Part shown: in pieces, positions 39,024-50,239 of the stretch | How the letters are laid out: every line of letters starts with the position of its first letter | How positions within the stretch are numbered: position 1 is the stretch's first letter | Source: Amphiscolops sp. MND2022 | Lineage: Eukaryota | DNA: 64,000 nt | Assembly (NCBI GenBank): GCA_964187785.1 | Contig: OZ076409.1 | Location: forward strand, 66,218,001 to 66,282,000 | Direction: 5' to 3' | Notes under the pieces: model-generated | The model's database searches: none | What the model was told of the DNA's origin: nothing | The model's input: the letters and a program-made list of their open reading frames with translations, nothing else | Position numbers and translations under genes: made by a program

Positions 39024-42000
39024 TCAGTGCGTTTCTAGCTGAAGTAATCTCATGAATGAGGAAGTCTCTGGATACGTTTTCGGTGTAGGGTTCTCACGTA
39101 ACCTGTACCTACTTTGATTTGATCTAGACGGTCTAGAACTCATCCTTTCTTCATCATCATTTTGCGTGTTTGTCTGTTGTGACTGATTTTCGTGTTGTTC
39201 GTCTCTCAGAGGTACTCTTATCCTACTGTCATCGCGGGGAGGCGGTAGAATAATTTCTTCTCGCGTTCCAAATCTAACTGTAGGTGGTCTAAAGTTGTTG
39301 TGATCAGTTTCTACTTGCTGATAGTCTATTCTCGTGGTTATTTCTGGTGGAATTACTTGTGGAGTGTGTTGTTCTTGTACCCGAGGAATTGTTTCTTCTG
39401 AAGGCTCTTCTTCAACCAAGTCTTGATCTAGATTGTCATTTTCAGTCTGATCTATCTCGTCGGTCGTCGGAATATTCGAGTCGAAAATGTCCGTGTCTTC
39501 AACCCTTTCGGTGTCTGGGTAGAGATGTTTGGACACGTTGATGTCGTCAATCGGAAATTCCGGTTTGAACAATCTCAGTCGCATGCGGTGTACGCACTGA
39601 GTTTGGTGTGTGCCTACTTTGCGGATGATGTAGTTGCTATCGGATAGCACTTTAATCACCTTGTACGGTCCTTTCCAATGGAAAGTTTTAAACTCTTCTT
39701 TGCTTCTCTGAGAGTCGTACTTAGGGTCTAGTAGGAACACAAATTCATTCACCTTCAGTGGCTGTGCTCGTGCTTTTCTATCATAGTACGTTTTGTACTT
39801 GTGATAGGCGGAAATGATGTTATGTAGATTGTCTCTGAAGATAAAATTCATTTTGTCTAGAATTTCGTTCACGTCCTTGCACTTTGTTTCAGCCGGTTTG
39901 TTTGCGTTTCGGAATTGCAGATCTAGTGAGTTGTATGGTGTTCTTCCGTGGAAAATTTCAGTTGGTGAACATTTCAGTGTATCATGATACGTTGTGTTAT
40001 GGGCCATGATTGCTATGTCGACATAGCGGTCCCATTGTGGTCTGTCTGCGTTTACACTAATCTTAAGGATCTTTTTCAGTTTCGCGTGCGTTCTCTCCAC
40101 CATGCCTATTGTCTGCGCGTGCTTTATCGTGGCATGGGAGATGTGAATATCAGCCGCTTTCGCGATTTCAGACAGAAGTTCAGCCGTGAACGCCGTGCCT
40201 TTGTCGGTCAGAATGTGTTTGGGCACATACGCGTGTTTTGTGAAGATCGACAGTAGTCCTCTGACTACGGAATGTGTGTCAGGTCTCTTCAGCGGAACGG
40301 CGAACAGGTAGCGCGAAAAAACGTCAACAGCCGTCAGGATGTGTGTAAAACCGTTCGATGCCGGGAGTGGACCAACGATGTCTATTTCCAGCAGGTCTTC
40401 TGGTCCGTCGCACGGGTCGTAGATTTTTTGTAACGGTGGACGTAGTTGCGTTTCTTTTACAGTTTTAGACTTCATGCAGTTTTCACATCCGTCAAGGACT
40501 TTTTGAACTTTACAGGCTAAGTTAGGAGAGTAATATCTTTTACGAAGTTCATACAACATTTTCTTTAAACCAGGGTGTCCTTGTACCGGGCTGTTATGTA
40601 GAGTCCTAATTATTTTCAAAATACAGTCTTCAGGAACGACTAACTGCTTATGAGACTCTAGTCCCGTGTGATCAAAAAACTGTCTGTACAAGACACCGTT
40701 TACAACTTGTAGGCGTTTTCGATTTTTGTACAACTTTTGAAAAAACTGGTCTTGCATGTTAACTGGGTGTTGCAAAATTTCAGTACCTTCTAAAAATCTA
40801 ATCATTTTTTGGATAACCCAGTTATTTTTCTGGACCTGAATTAGATCGATCCCCTCGGCGGGGCTAACCTGACTCATTACCGGGTGTGATAATGATACTT
40901 TACGGATGAATTGCGAGAGTTGAATCGGCTCGTCCACGTCTGTGAGGCGGTACGTCAGATGGTTGTCAGTCGCGAAGTCATCTGAGGCCGCAGTTCTCTC
41001 ACAGTTGGTGAACTTCATCCCTTTCCCATCGTCATGAGCCACGTCAGTGCCAGTTGCCAATTTCATCTCTTTGACATCCTTCTGGCGTTTGCATCTGAGT
41101 GGTTCGCTCGCGGGGAAGTAATCAGGCTCGTCTTCCTCCTGTTTTGGTGTACGGGAGGCGATGTCGATCTCGATCCTGTGAATTGGAATAGTATCAGTCA
41201 ATTTTAAATGTACACGGTCTTCAGGTCTAATCTCAAGGCGAGATAAGTAATCCGCTGCGGGATTTTCAACTCCTGGAACATGTGCTAATAGAAAATTGAA
41301 CTGAAGGGTTTGCTCGCAAAAATTCCAAAGTGAAGGCGGGATATGCTTCGCCTGGAAAAATCTAGTCAAGGCCTTATTGTCAGTCATAACAATGATGGGT
41401 TTTTTCGCACCCCACAAAATGTGGCCAAAATCATCGAAGGCAAAGTGCATAGCTAGAAACTCTTTGGCATACATTGTTAGAGACATCTGGCCGCCCTGAA
41501 ATTTCTTAGAGCCAAATGCAACAGGGGCGTATGTATGTTTGACTGACGGGTCTGCATAATCCTCGATTAACAACACATAGCCTGCAGCGTGTTCGCTGGC
41601 GTCACACATGATTACCAGTTGTTTATCTGGTAATGGCAATTTCAGAGACACCTTTGTTGCTTTTAACAAACTTTCATTAATTTCAAAAATAGTATCTTTG
41701 TGTTGTTGGTTCAGCTTGAAAGGGACGTCTTTCTTGATGAGTTCCTGTAAACAACAAGTTTTATCAGCTAGACGGGGAATGTAAGACCTGTAAAAGTTCA
41801 CAAAACCAAGATAACGTTGCAACGCTTTCACTGAATTGGGGGGTTTCAACTTCGTTAAATAGTCTGTTACGCGTTTTTCAATGGGAGCAATACCAGTGCT
41901 AGAAATGGTTTTTCCCAAGTACTCAATTTGTTTTTGTCCAAATTCACATTTACTCATGCTAAGTTTAAGACCAGCTTTGTGCAATTGTTGAAAAACAAGT

Positions 42001-44087
42001 TCAAGGTTGGTAATCAATTCTTCGGGTGAGTGTGCTGCAATTCCAATATCGTCAACGTATTGGGCACAGCGGTCCGCTTTGACCAAGGGGTCCAAATACT
42101 CACGGATTACTCCTGTAAATGCTGACAAAGAACGATTAAGACCTTGTGCTAGACGTAAAAATGCAAAAGTTCTAGACCCAAAATTAAACGATAACAGTTG
42201 GACAGATTGCTCATCGGCCATTGGAATGCAATGGTAGGCCTGGGAACAATCAAGTTTGCAGAAGTACTTTTTCCCGGCCATGTGTTGGGCAGCGTCAGCA
42301 ATTGTTGTTACGGGATGATTGTGCTCACCGTAATCGTTTTTGATCAAGTGGTTTATTCTTCTCAAGTCGACTAAAATTCTCAATTTACCATTAGGTTTAC
42401 GTTGAGCAAATATCGGGGAAGAATATTTGCTGTGAGGCAAAGTAGTTATAATCCCGTACTCTTGCATTAGGGCTAACTCCACGAGCAAATCGTCCTTCAA
42501 ATTTGTCGGAGTCGGGAGACTTTGTGAATAAACAGGTTCTTCGTGTTGAGGTGTTAACTTAACTTTAAAATCAGTGTTCATGCCAATATCAAAACGGTGT
42601 CTAGCAAAAATGGAGTTGTACTTTACCAGCAACTCCTCTACCTGTAACCGTTGAGACGGAGTAAGAAGCGAGTCGTCCCAGTTGAAGTTCTTCAGGAAGT
42701 TCATCCGTTGTTCATCGGATTGGGACGGGTCAAGCTTCTCGAGCTCTCGCAGTGCCAGAATCTCATCATAAATCCGTCGCTCAATTGTGTTGAGTTTGTC
42801 TGGCTCACTGCACGTCTCGGGAGTTGGGTACCACTTGGTTGACTTCATTTCAGGGTTCACGAACAGTTGGTTGATCACTGTTTCGGCTTCATCTGGATAC
42901 TTGGTGATCAAGTTCAAGTGTTCCACTGGCATGGGCGTGATGTTTGCCGCCTGGTGTGGTGTCGGGATGCGAAAGTGTGCCAGAGTGGTGTTGGCTTCAA
43001 GTGTGTACGTGTGGTTGTTTGGGTTGGTGACCTGGATTGTCGTCTTGCCCTCGTCTAGGTCAACCAAAGCTGGAGAAACAAGCAAACACGTCTTTCGCAT
43101 GAAACCAGGTGAGCCCTCAACTGTACCAGTTGTAAGTGAGATGTCCGCGTCACTGTGGACCTGTATCATCACTTGATGGAGAGGAGGGATCACTGTTCTA
43201 GTGCTGGAACACAAATCAATTAAACCGGTTTTGAATCTGTTGTTCTTTTGCTGTCTAACTTGCATGGACATCATGTGATTAGGGAAGTGGACAAGGTGGT
43301 TTTTGATGTCTAAGTTGACTGAGTACTTTTCAAAAAAGGACATTCCAATTAAAATTGTTCCCATTGTTGGAAGGATTAGGAACGTTTCTTCGAATACTTT
43401 TCCAGCAACGTAAAATCTAAGTAAGACTTGCTTACGCACTGGGACTAAGTTCCCGTTTGCTATCTGAATTTTGAAATTCGGAGGGGGGAATTCTTGAAGG
43501 ATGGCTTCTGGATGAGCCGTTGTTATTTTTCGCAGTTCGGCTTCAGACATTGCACTTTGTATTGCGCCTGTGTCTAAAAGTGCGCTGTTTTCGTATTTGT
43601 CAAACTGAAGAGGGACGTACAGCATTTTATCTTTCTTGTTTAAATGTAAAGTGGGACTGAGAACGTGAATTTCTGTTTTAATTGCATGTTTTTTAGTTTT
43701 CGAAACGTTAATACTATTCTGTTTTGCATGTTTTTTAATACTAAGCCGTTTGTCGATTGTTGAGTGTGAAGTCGAGTCGTCGTCTAGATGGTGGGTTTCC
43801 ATCTCTTTGGCATCTTCCACCTGCCTCATGGTGTTTGGTTGCCAGTTCATCGTTTGTTCATCGTTGATTTCAGCGAGTGGAGAAAAGCGGCTGCCGTTGA
43901 GTTGACGTGCATTTCTCATCGCTTTTTCATCGTTGGAAAGTCTTCGCTGATAGACGTCGTCAGCTTTTGGTCGTTTGTCCAATGAAGGCTGCCATTTCTT
44001 CATTGGACGGTCGTGTGTAGTCGGTTGAGTCGAAAGTCGTTGGTCGCGCGTTGTGTTTCTAGCGGGTGGAAATCGTGGCGGAATCAA
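39024..44087 (-). CDS. pol: Gypsy Pol polyprotein (PR-RT-RNase H-IN), expressed by -1 frameshift from gag
   Basis: LLDTGA, RILVDLRRIN, KLDCSQAY, YVDD, MCDASE, H-x6-H..CENC, IDIVGP/TDKGTAF/MVERTH, WKGPY; 1687 open codons. Confidence 0.97.
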   Translation of the reverse strand: MIPPRFPPARNTTRDQRLSTQPTTHDRPMKKWQPSLDKRPKADDVYQRRLSNDEKAMRNARQLNGSRFSPLAEINDEQTMNWQPNTMRQVEDAKEMETHHLDDDSTSHSTIDKRLSIKKHAKQNSINVSKTKKHAIKTEIHVLSPTLHLNKKDKMLYVPLQFDKYENSALLDTGAIQSAMSEAELRKITTAHPEAILQEFPPPNFKIQIANGNLVPVRKQVLLRFYVAGKVFEETFLILPTMGTILIGMSFFEKYSVNLDIKNHLVHFPNHMMSMQVRQQKNNRFKTGLIDLCSSTRTVIPPLHQVMIQVHSDADISLTTGTVEGSPGFMRKTCLLVSPALVDLDEGKTTIQVTNPNNHTYTLEANTTLAHFRIPTPHQAANITPMPVEHLNLITKYPDEAETVINQLFVNPEMKSTKWYPTPETCSEPDKLNTIERRIYDEILALRELEKLDPSQSDEQRMNFLKNFNWDDSLLTPSQRLQVEELLVKYNSIFARHRFDIGMNTDFKVKLTPQHEEPVYSQSLPTPTNLKDDLLVELALMQEYGIITTLPHSKYSSPIFAQRKPNGKLRILVDLRRINHLIKNDYGEHNHPVTTIADAAQHMAGKKYFCKLDCSQAYHCIPMADEQSVQLLSFNFGSRTFAFLRLAQGLNRSLSAFTGVIREYLDPLVKADRCAQYVDDIGIAAHSPEELITNLELVFQQLHKAGLKLSMSKCEFGQKQIEYLGKTISSTGIAPIEKRVTDYLTKLKPPNSVKALQRYLGFVNFYRSYIPRLADKTCCLQELIKKDVPFKLNQQHKDTIFEINESLLKATKVSLKLPLPDKQLVIMCDASEHAAGYVLLIEDYADPSVKHTYAPVAFGSKKFQGGQMSLTMYAKEFLAMHFAFDDFGHILWGAKKPIIVMTDNKALTRFFQAKHIPPSLWNFCEQTLQFNFLLAHVPGVENPAADYLSRLEIRPEDRVHLKLTDTIPIHRIEIDIASRTPKQEEDEPDYFPASEPLRCKRQKDVKEMKLATGTDVAHDDGKGMKFTNCERTAASDDFATDNHLTYRLTDVDEPIQLSQFIRKVSLSHPVMSQVSPAEGIDLIQVQKNNWVIQKMIRFLEGTEILQHPVNMQDQFFQKLYKNRKRLQVVNGVLYRQFFDHTGLESHKQLVVPEDCILKIIRTLHNSPVQGHPGLKKMLYELRKRYYSPNLACKVQKVLDGCENCMKSKTVKETQLRPPLQKIYDPCDGPEDLLEIDIVGPLPASNGFTHILTAVDVFSRYLFAVPLKRPDTHSVVRGLLSIFTKHAYVPKHILTDKGTAFTAELLSEIAKAADIHISHATIKHAQTIGMVERTHAKLKKILKISVNADRPQWDRYVDIAIMAHNTTYHDTLKCSPTEIFHGRTPYNSLDLQFRNANKPAETKCKDVNEILDKMNFIFRDNLHNIISAYHKYKTYYDRKARAQPLKVNEFVFLLDPKYDSQRSKEEFKTFHWKGPYKVIKVLSDSNYIIRKVGTHQTQCVHRMRLRLFKPEFPIDDINVSKHLYPDTERVEDTDIFDSNIPTTDEIDQTENDNLDQDLVEEEPSEETIPRVQEQHTPQVIPPEITTRIDYQQVETDHNNFRPPTVRFGTREEIILPPPRDDSRIRVPLRDEQHENQSQQTNTQNDDEERMSSRPSRSNQSRYRLRENPTPKTYPETSSFMRLLQLETH

Positions 44088-45589
44088 AAACCCTGATTTA
44101 TGTCTTCATCAGAGTAGGTTTCTTGGTCTTCTTCTTCGGTGACTGCTTGCATAGGATTCATCGGCTTTTGTTGTCGTTTTAAGTCTTGTCTTCTAGTTCT
44201 GTTGTCATCTTGTGAATTCGTTGCGTATGGAATCTTTCCATATGCAGAACTGCTTTCTTTAGGTACACGTCGTCTGCAATCCCTTGCTGAGTGGCCTGTG
44301 TAACCGCAAATCTGGCAAACCAATTTTGGATTGTATTTCGGCTTATCTGGATCGGCTGCTTTCTTCATTGGGATTGCATCCTCCTTCTTTATGCCGTTCG
44401 CTTCGTCTCGTTGTCGGGCGCGACATTCCGTTTTGCGGTGTCCTGTCTTTCCGCAGTAGAAACATTGTCCTTCAAACCGTTTTCGTTCTGTCGGTTGTGT
44501 GGTCGTCGTTGTTGTAGTAGGCTTCGTCGTTGTAATCGTAGGTGGTGCTGAGGAGGTGACCGCGTTGAATGGTTGGATTGCCGTAGGTGGCGCGACGTAC
44601 TGCTGGTACTGGTATTTTCGCATTAGGTAGGTTTTGATTTCCTCTGGGGAGCTCTCTTCTTTGTTTGCCATGGTGAGCTCTTGTTGAATCTCGACTGGCA
44701 GTTTTCCAAACAGGAACATTTTGATTATACTGTCGGCGTCATTGCCGAAGGCTTGTTTGGCAGTCTTCTTGAGATTTTTGAGGAAATCGCCGAATGTTTC
44801 TGTTGTGGGATCATAGCGTGCTTGATCCCATTTGTAACGGGCCACTTCCTTTAGATCCTCTTTTGCAAATTCTTTTCTGAAGAGGTCGAGTACGTCCTTT
44901 AGTGTTGTCATTGGCGTTATCTGGATGGATTGCCAGTATTCTATTGCGTCATCTCTCAAAAGGCTTTGAAAGAAGTGTAGTTTGTTCTCCTCGGTGATTT
45001 TGTTGGCAAGCGGGCTAAGGTGGTTGAGGAGAAGGTGCTCAAATTCGACGAATTTGTCTTTTTGGCCTCTGAAATTTGGCACGTGTGTCTGCAGAAGCTT
45101 CGTGTTGGTGGTTGTGTTTTTGATCCGTTGGGGGATCGTCTCGATTGCATTGAGTAGTCGTTCCTCATTGCTTCTGGGGGTTGATTCTCCTTCGTCTGAA
45201 TCGTCTTCTTGGTAACTTCTGAAGTTGGTGAAGCTGGTTGTCGGGCGGTTTGAGCGGGTTTCTGTAGCTCCTGTCACCATGTCGAGCCCCACCGTGTGGG
45301 CCGGCTTTGAAGGACCTTTCGAGGTTGACTGTCGGTTTTCGGTGTCTGTCTTACTTATGACAGCCATCATTAAGTCCTTCAGTTGACTGAACTCATTCTG
45401 TAGTTCGTTTATCTTTCTCTCATAACTCTCTTTTATTTCAGATAACTGAGACGAGATATCAGAAACCTCGTTGCTATCAGAGTCATTGGCAGAAAACTGT
45501 GCCATGTCTGGATCCGTTTGAACAGGTGTTTCTAAAGAGGAACTAATAACTCTTCCGCTTCTGAGTTCGGTGCCTAGATCTGGGTTCAT
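44084..45589 (-). CDS. gag: Gypsy Gag, 501 aa
   Basis: N-terminal coiled coil, capsid-like core, two CCHC knuckles CFYCGKTGHRKTEC and CQICGYTGHSARDC. Confidence 0.95.
   Translation of the reverse strand: MNPDLGTELRSGRVISSSLETPVQTDPDMAQFSANDSDSNEVSDISSQLSEIKESYERKINELQNEFSQLKDLMMAVISKTDTENRQSTSKGPSKPAHTVGLDMVTGATETRSNRPTTSFTNFRSYQEDDSDEGESTPRSNEERLLNAIETIPQRIKNTTTNTKLLQTHVPNFRGQKDKFVEFEHLLLNHLSPLANKITEENKLHFFQSLLRDDAIEYWQSIQITPMTTLKDVLDLFRKEFAKEDLKEVARYKWDQARYDPTTETFGDFLKNLKKTAKQAFGNDADSIIKMFLFGKLPVEIQQELTMANKEESSPEEIKTYLMRKYQYQQYVAPPTAIQPFNAVTSSAPPTITTTKPTTTTTTTQPTERKRFEGQCFYCGKTGHRKTECRARQRDEANGIKKEDAIPMKKAADPDKPKYNPKLVCQICGYTGHSARDCRRRVPKESSSAYGKIPYATNSQDDNRTRRQDLKRQQKPMNPMQAVTEEEDQETYSDEDINQGF
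44087..44093 (-). promoter_or_regulatory. -1 ribosomal frameshift slippery site G GGU UUU
   Basis: gag ends CAG GGT TTT TGA; the -1 frame opens directly into pol (TTG ATT CCG...). Confidence 0.8.
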
Positions 45590-46241
45590 AGAGGTGGGAG
45601 AAAAGGAATTATGAGTGAAGACTGGATTCTGGATGATTTTTCGATGTATTTTACTATTTTATGCTGTTATTCGAACTCAAATTCACTATTTCTGAACTTG
45701 AGATGTAAATGCGATGAGTTTTATAGTAAGACAAGGATACTAGTAAAGAATGAGAAATAGTTAACGAGGATTAGGTAGAGTTCATCCAAATTTCATCGAA
45801 CAGATATCAATCAAGAAATTACTCAGAGTTGTGGAGGTAGCGTTATTTACGATGAATAAGAGATATGTTTTCTAGTTCAAATCTGTCGTAATTCGTCCAA
45901 CTGGACAGTAGCTAATCGCAATTTCGGTCTGAGTAATCTCTAATGGCGGTCCAAAATTCAGCAGTTCACGTGTCTTTTCAGGCTGGTAAGACGCTAAATC
46001 TCTTACCAGCCGACTCTTATTGGCTGTTGCCAGTTGGTGCTAATTGGTAAGTCACGTGACCGGTGTTGTGAACTGCCGCAAGTTGGCCAAACCACATGGT
46101 ACATCTACATATATTCATTATGACTAATCATCACTTTACAATGTCGCAATTGCCTGCACACAGCGCCATGGTTTCTATAGCAACTCAAATCATTCAATAA
46201 TGTACTAATTTCAAGTCAAAACAGAGTAAACTGCATCACAG

Positions 46242-47127
46242 GATGAGAAAACGATGTTTTTCCAACTAATTCTAGCACTAAAATCAATACTTCAAAACCA
46301 AAGATGGAAACGCGATGAATTCGTCAGAATATTTGCTGATTTTCAAGTCTAGTTTAGCTCTGGATGAAAATGCGATGAATGGTGGTCTTTTAGCTCGAAA
46401 ATCAACACGATATGAACTGACGATGATAAAAGGATGAACTCGTCTTCAAAATGAATGATTTCCAGCACAATTTAAATCAACGATGGTAAAAGGATGAACT
46501 CTCCTCGAAAATAACTAATTTCCAGCACTAGTGAAATTGGCGATGAATTCAGGATGAATTCAGCCAATAAAACAGGTGAAACAGCTAATTCTGCAGTAAA
46601 GACAAATATACGATGACTTTAGGATGAAGACATTCAGTAAAACAGCAAAATCTAATGAATCGAATTCCAACGATGAGTTTAGGATGAACTCAACTGAAAA
46701 CTCGACTAATTCTAGCGCAAGTTGAACTAGCGATGAATTTATGATGAATTAGTGATGAGTTAATCTAATAAAACAGATATCCAGCACTTCACTCTTTTTA
46801 GGATGAATTAAGGATGTACTTTCTCATTCCTTGTAGTTACTAGTCAGGACGATGAAATATAGATGCGTTATGCTCTTTTTAAGAAATGAGAAGCACATTG
46901 AAGGTTAATAATCACAAAACGACGATGAGTATAGGATGGTTTTCATGCATTTTAAAGTCCCGTGAGATCCGCTGATGGATCACTAGATGAAATCAAATAA
47001 ATGTCCCAAATTTTGTTCACCCGCAATCTTGGCGATGTGATTGCGATGAACCTTGATAATATAGCACTGTGATTTCACTAATAGATCAAGTTGTAGGATC
47101 ACTAAGTCCGCTGATGGATTAGTGATG
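46242..47127 (+). repeat. Array of ~15 GATG-N7-GATG motifs with ~60-bp period in the 5' UTR (copied at 25228-26113 and 29177-30062)
   Basis: Copies at about 46242, 46303, 46363, 46422, 46482, 46542, 46612, 46672, 46732, 46802, 46851, 46924, 47034 and 47113. Confidence 0.9.
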
Positions 47128-47243
47128 AACTTTTCTGAAAATCGTCACGACTACAAGTCCTGAGGCGAGGGAGCTAGTAGAAGTTACATATTCCATTATT
47201 TCTACATCTCTCGGTCCAGTCTGACCGGAAAACTTCTCTCCCT

Positions 47244-47516
47244 TGTCGTGACAAACCAATATTGAATAAGATAGCACGTTAAAAGCCATTTGGCAAGATC
47301 ATTTGTGCGGACACCGGAACTAGAGCGCTCAGTATTAAATAAATATATATAGCTCAAGCTCAGGGGGGGTAGGGATTAAGGTACAAGTAACGTAGGGTTG
47401 CTCACAACCATGGCTCTTATTATATGACATCATATTGCCCATATCTAAGTACATGAGACATAATATTTACATTACAAATATTTAGTAGATTATATTTCCA
47501 TCATGCTGGCATGACA
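47244..47516 (-). repeat. 5' LTR
   Basis: 273 bp, ~99% identical to 30179-30450; contains a TATATATA box. Confidence 0.95.
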
Positions 47517-47987
47517 TTGGAACATCTCAGTTCTTTTAAATACTCTTGAGCATAAATACTTAATTCTTTTAAATACTTTAAGCATACGCTTTTTGCATAT
47601 GCTGTGTGCGTATGCCATCTAGCGAGCTATTTGTAACAAAGTTCCATATTGTTTTCTTCAGTCGCGTACTTTTCTGTTCGCTTCCAATTTAACATGAAAC
47701 ATTACCAGTAATTTTCAACATTGAACGAGTGTTGAAGTTTTCTTCTGAAAAAAATATTAAGCTTTCTTCGCATAAAAAACTGCCGTGAAAGTAGATCCTT
47801 CTTCGCTTCGATTGCTTGGGTCCTTTCCACTAGTCAAGAGAAGGCCGGCTAGTAGGTCACTGAAAAAAACTCAAAACCTTTTAGAACCTCAAGTTGATTG
47901 TAAATCTGTGAATTTTCCCGCAAGACATCGTCTGGGAGAAACCGAACATTCACTGTACTATGTAAGATATTTGAATATGCAGAGATA

Positions 47988-48187
47988 NNNNNNNNNNNNN
48001 NNNNNNNNNNNNNNNNNNNNNNNNNNNNNNNNNNNNNNNNNNNNNNNNNNNNNNNNNNNNNNNNNNNNNNNNNNNNNNNNNNNNNNNNNNNNNNNNNNNN
48101 NNNNNNNNNNNNNNNNNNNNNNNNNNNNNNNNNNNNNNNNNNNNNNNNNNNNNNNNNNNNNNNNNNNNNNNNNNNNNNNNNNNNNNN
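47988..48187. other. Assembly gap (200 N)
   Basis: Run of N. Confidence 1.
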
Positions 48188-48589
48188 AAAAAGTTTTGAT
48201 ATTTGACAAATTCCTGACTTTTGCTCCACGGAGTGTGGATCTTGAAAGGGGGAATTTGGCATAAGTTGTCAGTGGGCATGCCTTGGCATGCCCACAGACG
48301 ATGGGTTTTAATAATAGTTTTAGGCGTCAAATAATACTGTCATATGGGTGATGCAGTTTCTAACTGAATTTAGACTGTATGGCGTTTCTATACCCGCTAA
48401 AACGAGGTTTAGGGGATTAAGGTTAAACGAATATCTCAGCGCATCAAAATGATTTTTTTTTTAAAAAAAAACATCAACAACAACGAGAGCACCAACATGC
48501 TTTGTTTTTCGTTCTCAAAAAATATAGCATTCAAGGTTGACAAAAGAACAACTTCGAAGGCTATCAATAGTGAAAAAGGTGTTCAATTT

Positions 48590-49620
48590 CCTAAAATTCA
48601 GCAGGAGAATATACAATGCTTGGTCTGGTTTGAGATTGGAGCAAGTTTAGTGAAAAGGTCTTAAAAACTGTTTCAACACTAATTTTGGACCAATTCCGTT
48701 CAAAATAGACAAGTTCTTATGGGTTAACTTCCAGAATCTGAATATGTCAGCTTCCGAGTGTGTGTCAGCTCCCGAGTTGACTATCAGCGCATCATCAAAC
48801 CATTTCATTGGACATACGCGACCTACACTCCGATCTAAATGAGTCACAGTGTCAGAAAACGCCAAAAAGGGTGTTTGAATCAATTTCCGGTCAAAGCAGT
48901 TCCCACGACTGGCCTATATTTGGTCACTAGAATGAACCCGGGATATATTTCATCCTTGATATCCTGCTGGGCGCCCCTAAATTGACTCCTCACTGATCAA
49001 ATTGGTAACTTTTGGTCTAGATGCACATGCAAAGCTCATTTCCGGTCCAGGGATTTAAAAAAGCACACTTCACCAGATTTGTCTCAAAAAACCCGACAAA
49101 ACAGGAAAATGCCAAAAGCTAAGCCTACCGCTTTTTGCTCAAAATCGAAATTTTCCCAAGGTTTCGTGGTAAAATTGTACGGGAGACCCATCTATCTCGG
49201 AAGTAGTGATTCGAATGAACCAAAAAAATTTCAGCAGTCGTCTTTCCAGATGATGAAATGCATGGTAAGGACAACCAGAATGGCTAATCTGCCATGGGGG
49301 AAAAAGGTGTCGACAAAAACTAAGAATTCGAAAGAAACACAACAAAGTAACGCAAAAATGGTAAAATATCCTTTTTAAAGGGATGTGCTTCATTTATACC
49401 TCCATTCAAAGGTTGTTTCTTCGTCATCGATGCAGGCATACAGGAGTCTGCCGGTTGGCCGACAGTTTTCGGTAGAGTTGTTGCCCGGACCACCAAAGAC
49501 AGAACATATTGCAAGGAACTTAACAACGCAAATATATGGTATTGAAAATAATCATGAATATAATGAAACCTGCTTGACCTAACATATCGAATATTCAATG
49601 TTTTCACAATTGGAAGCTAG
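48590..49620 (-). pseudogene. Heavily decayed hAT-like DDE transposase remnant
   Basis: Motifs in expected order across frames: VFVDT, HSGCPYH (CxxH), SRGN (TRWN-like), DIFRFWK..LSIL, SVETVF (SxERxF-like), SNLKPDQALYILLLN. Confidence 0.45.
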
Positions 49621-49954
49621 TTGTCACAAAATAAAACGAGACGTGAAGGTCTGAAGTCGGCGCTTTATCTCAGGCTCAAAAGGGGCAAAGCAAAATTTGT
49701 AAAAGATATCCAGCACGTTTTTTAAAAACAACGCAGAAAGAAATTTCGAAACACCCAAAGGCTTCTTCTTATGCTCGATACGACTCAAGAACCACATTTT
49801 CCCCAATTGGGAACAAAAAACTGGAAACAGTGACTTACTCGGTTTTAGGGAATAAGGAACCTATGCAAGAAAAACTGTACTGTAAGAAAAGTCAAAGTGC
49901 CAATTTTGTGTTTCAGAAAAGTGAAAGTCACTGCTGAGAGGCGTTGACATTACG

Positions 49955-50239
49955 TTAAAACATGCGAACTATTACTTTGACTAACGGCAATTTAAGAAAT
50001 ATTAACCGTAGACTAGTTAGTTCGCTGATTTGTCTGTTAATTTCGCAAAATCTGCGTTCAATACGGAACCGTTCATGTTCCCTTTCTTGTTCATTCCAAT
50101 GACGGATAAGATTTTCAGTAGTTAAGTTGTGCGATTTAAATTCGGGCAAACCGATGTCGCTTTCGGTATCACTATGATCATTCATGTTTGTATTTTTGAC
50201 TTCAGCGCTATTCGTACTCTGAGCTCTGGTGATCACCAT
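49955..50239 (-). pseudogene. N-terminal fragment of a third Gypsy-like gag
   Basis: MVITRAQS..acidic..coiled coil RFCEINRQISELTSL, similar in layout to a gag start; truncated. Confidence 0.45.

Larger units (their letters stand above)
30179..47516 (-). mobile_element. Intact 17.3-kb Ty3/Gypsy LTR retrotransposon with antisense cargo gene
   Basis: 272/273-bp LTRs with TG...CA ends; intact gag and pol in PR-RT-RH-IN order; ~8.6-kb region between pol and the 3' LTR. Confidence 0.97.

Noticed and set aside
39347..45215. Short + strand and alternate-frame ORFs over gag-pol
   Set aside because: Shadow ORFs of a long coding region; no motifs.
46242..47127. CRISPR-like appearance of the ~60-bp periodic array
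   Set aside because: Only two 4-mers are conserved; there is no 25-40-bp direct repeat, no cas genes, and the context is a eukaryotic retroelement.
47517..47521. TSD for the 17.3-kb Gypsy element
   Set aside because: TTGGA has no match at the left boundaries (30178, 28214 or 24265).
47785..48330. ORFs spanning the N run
   Set aside because: Artefacts of translating the gap.
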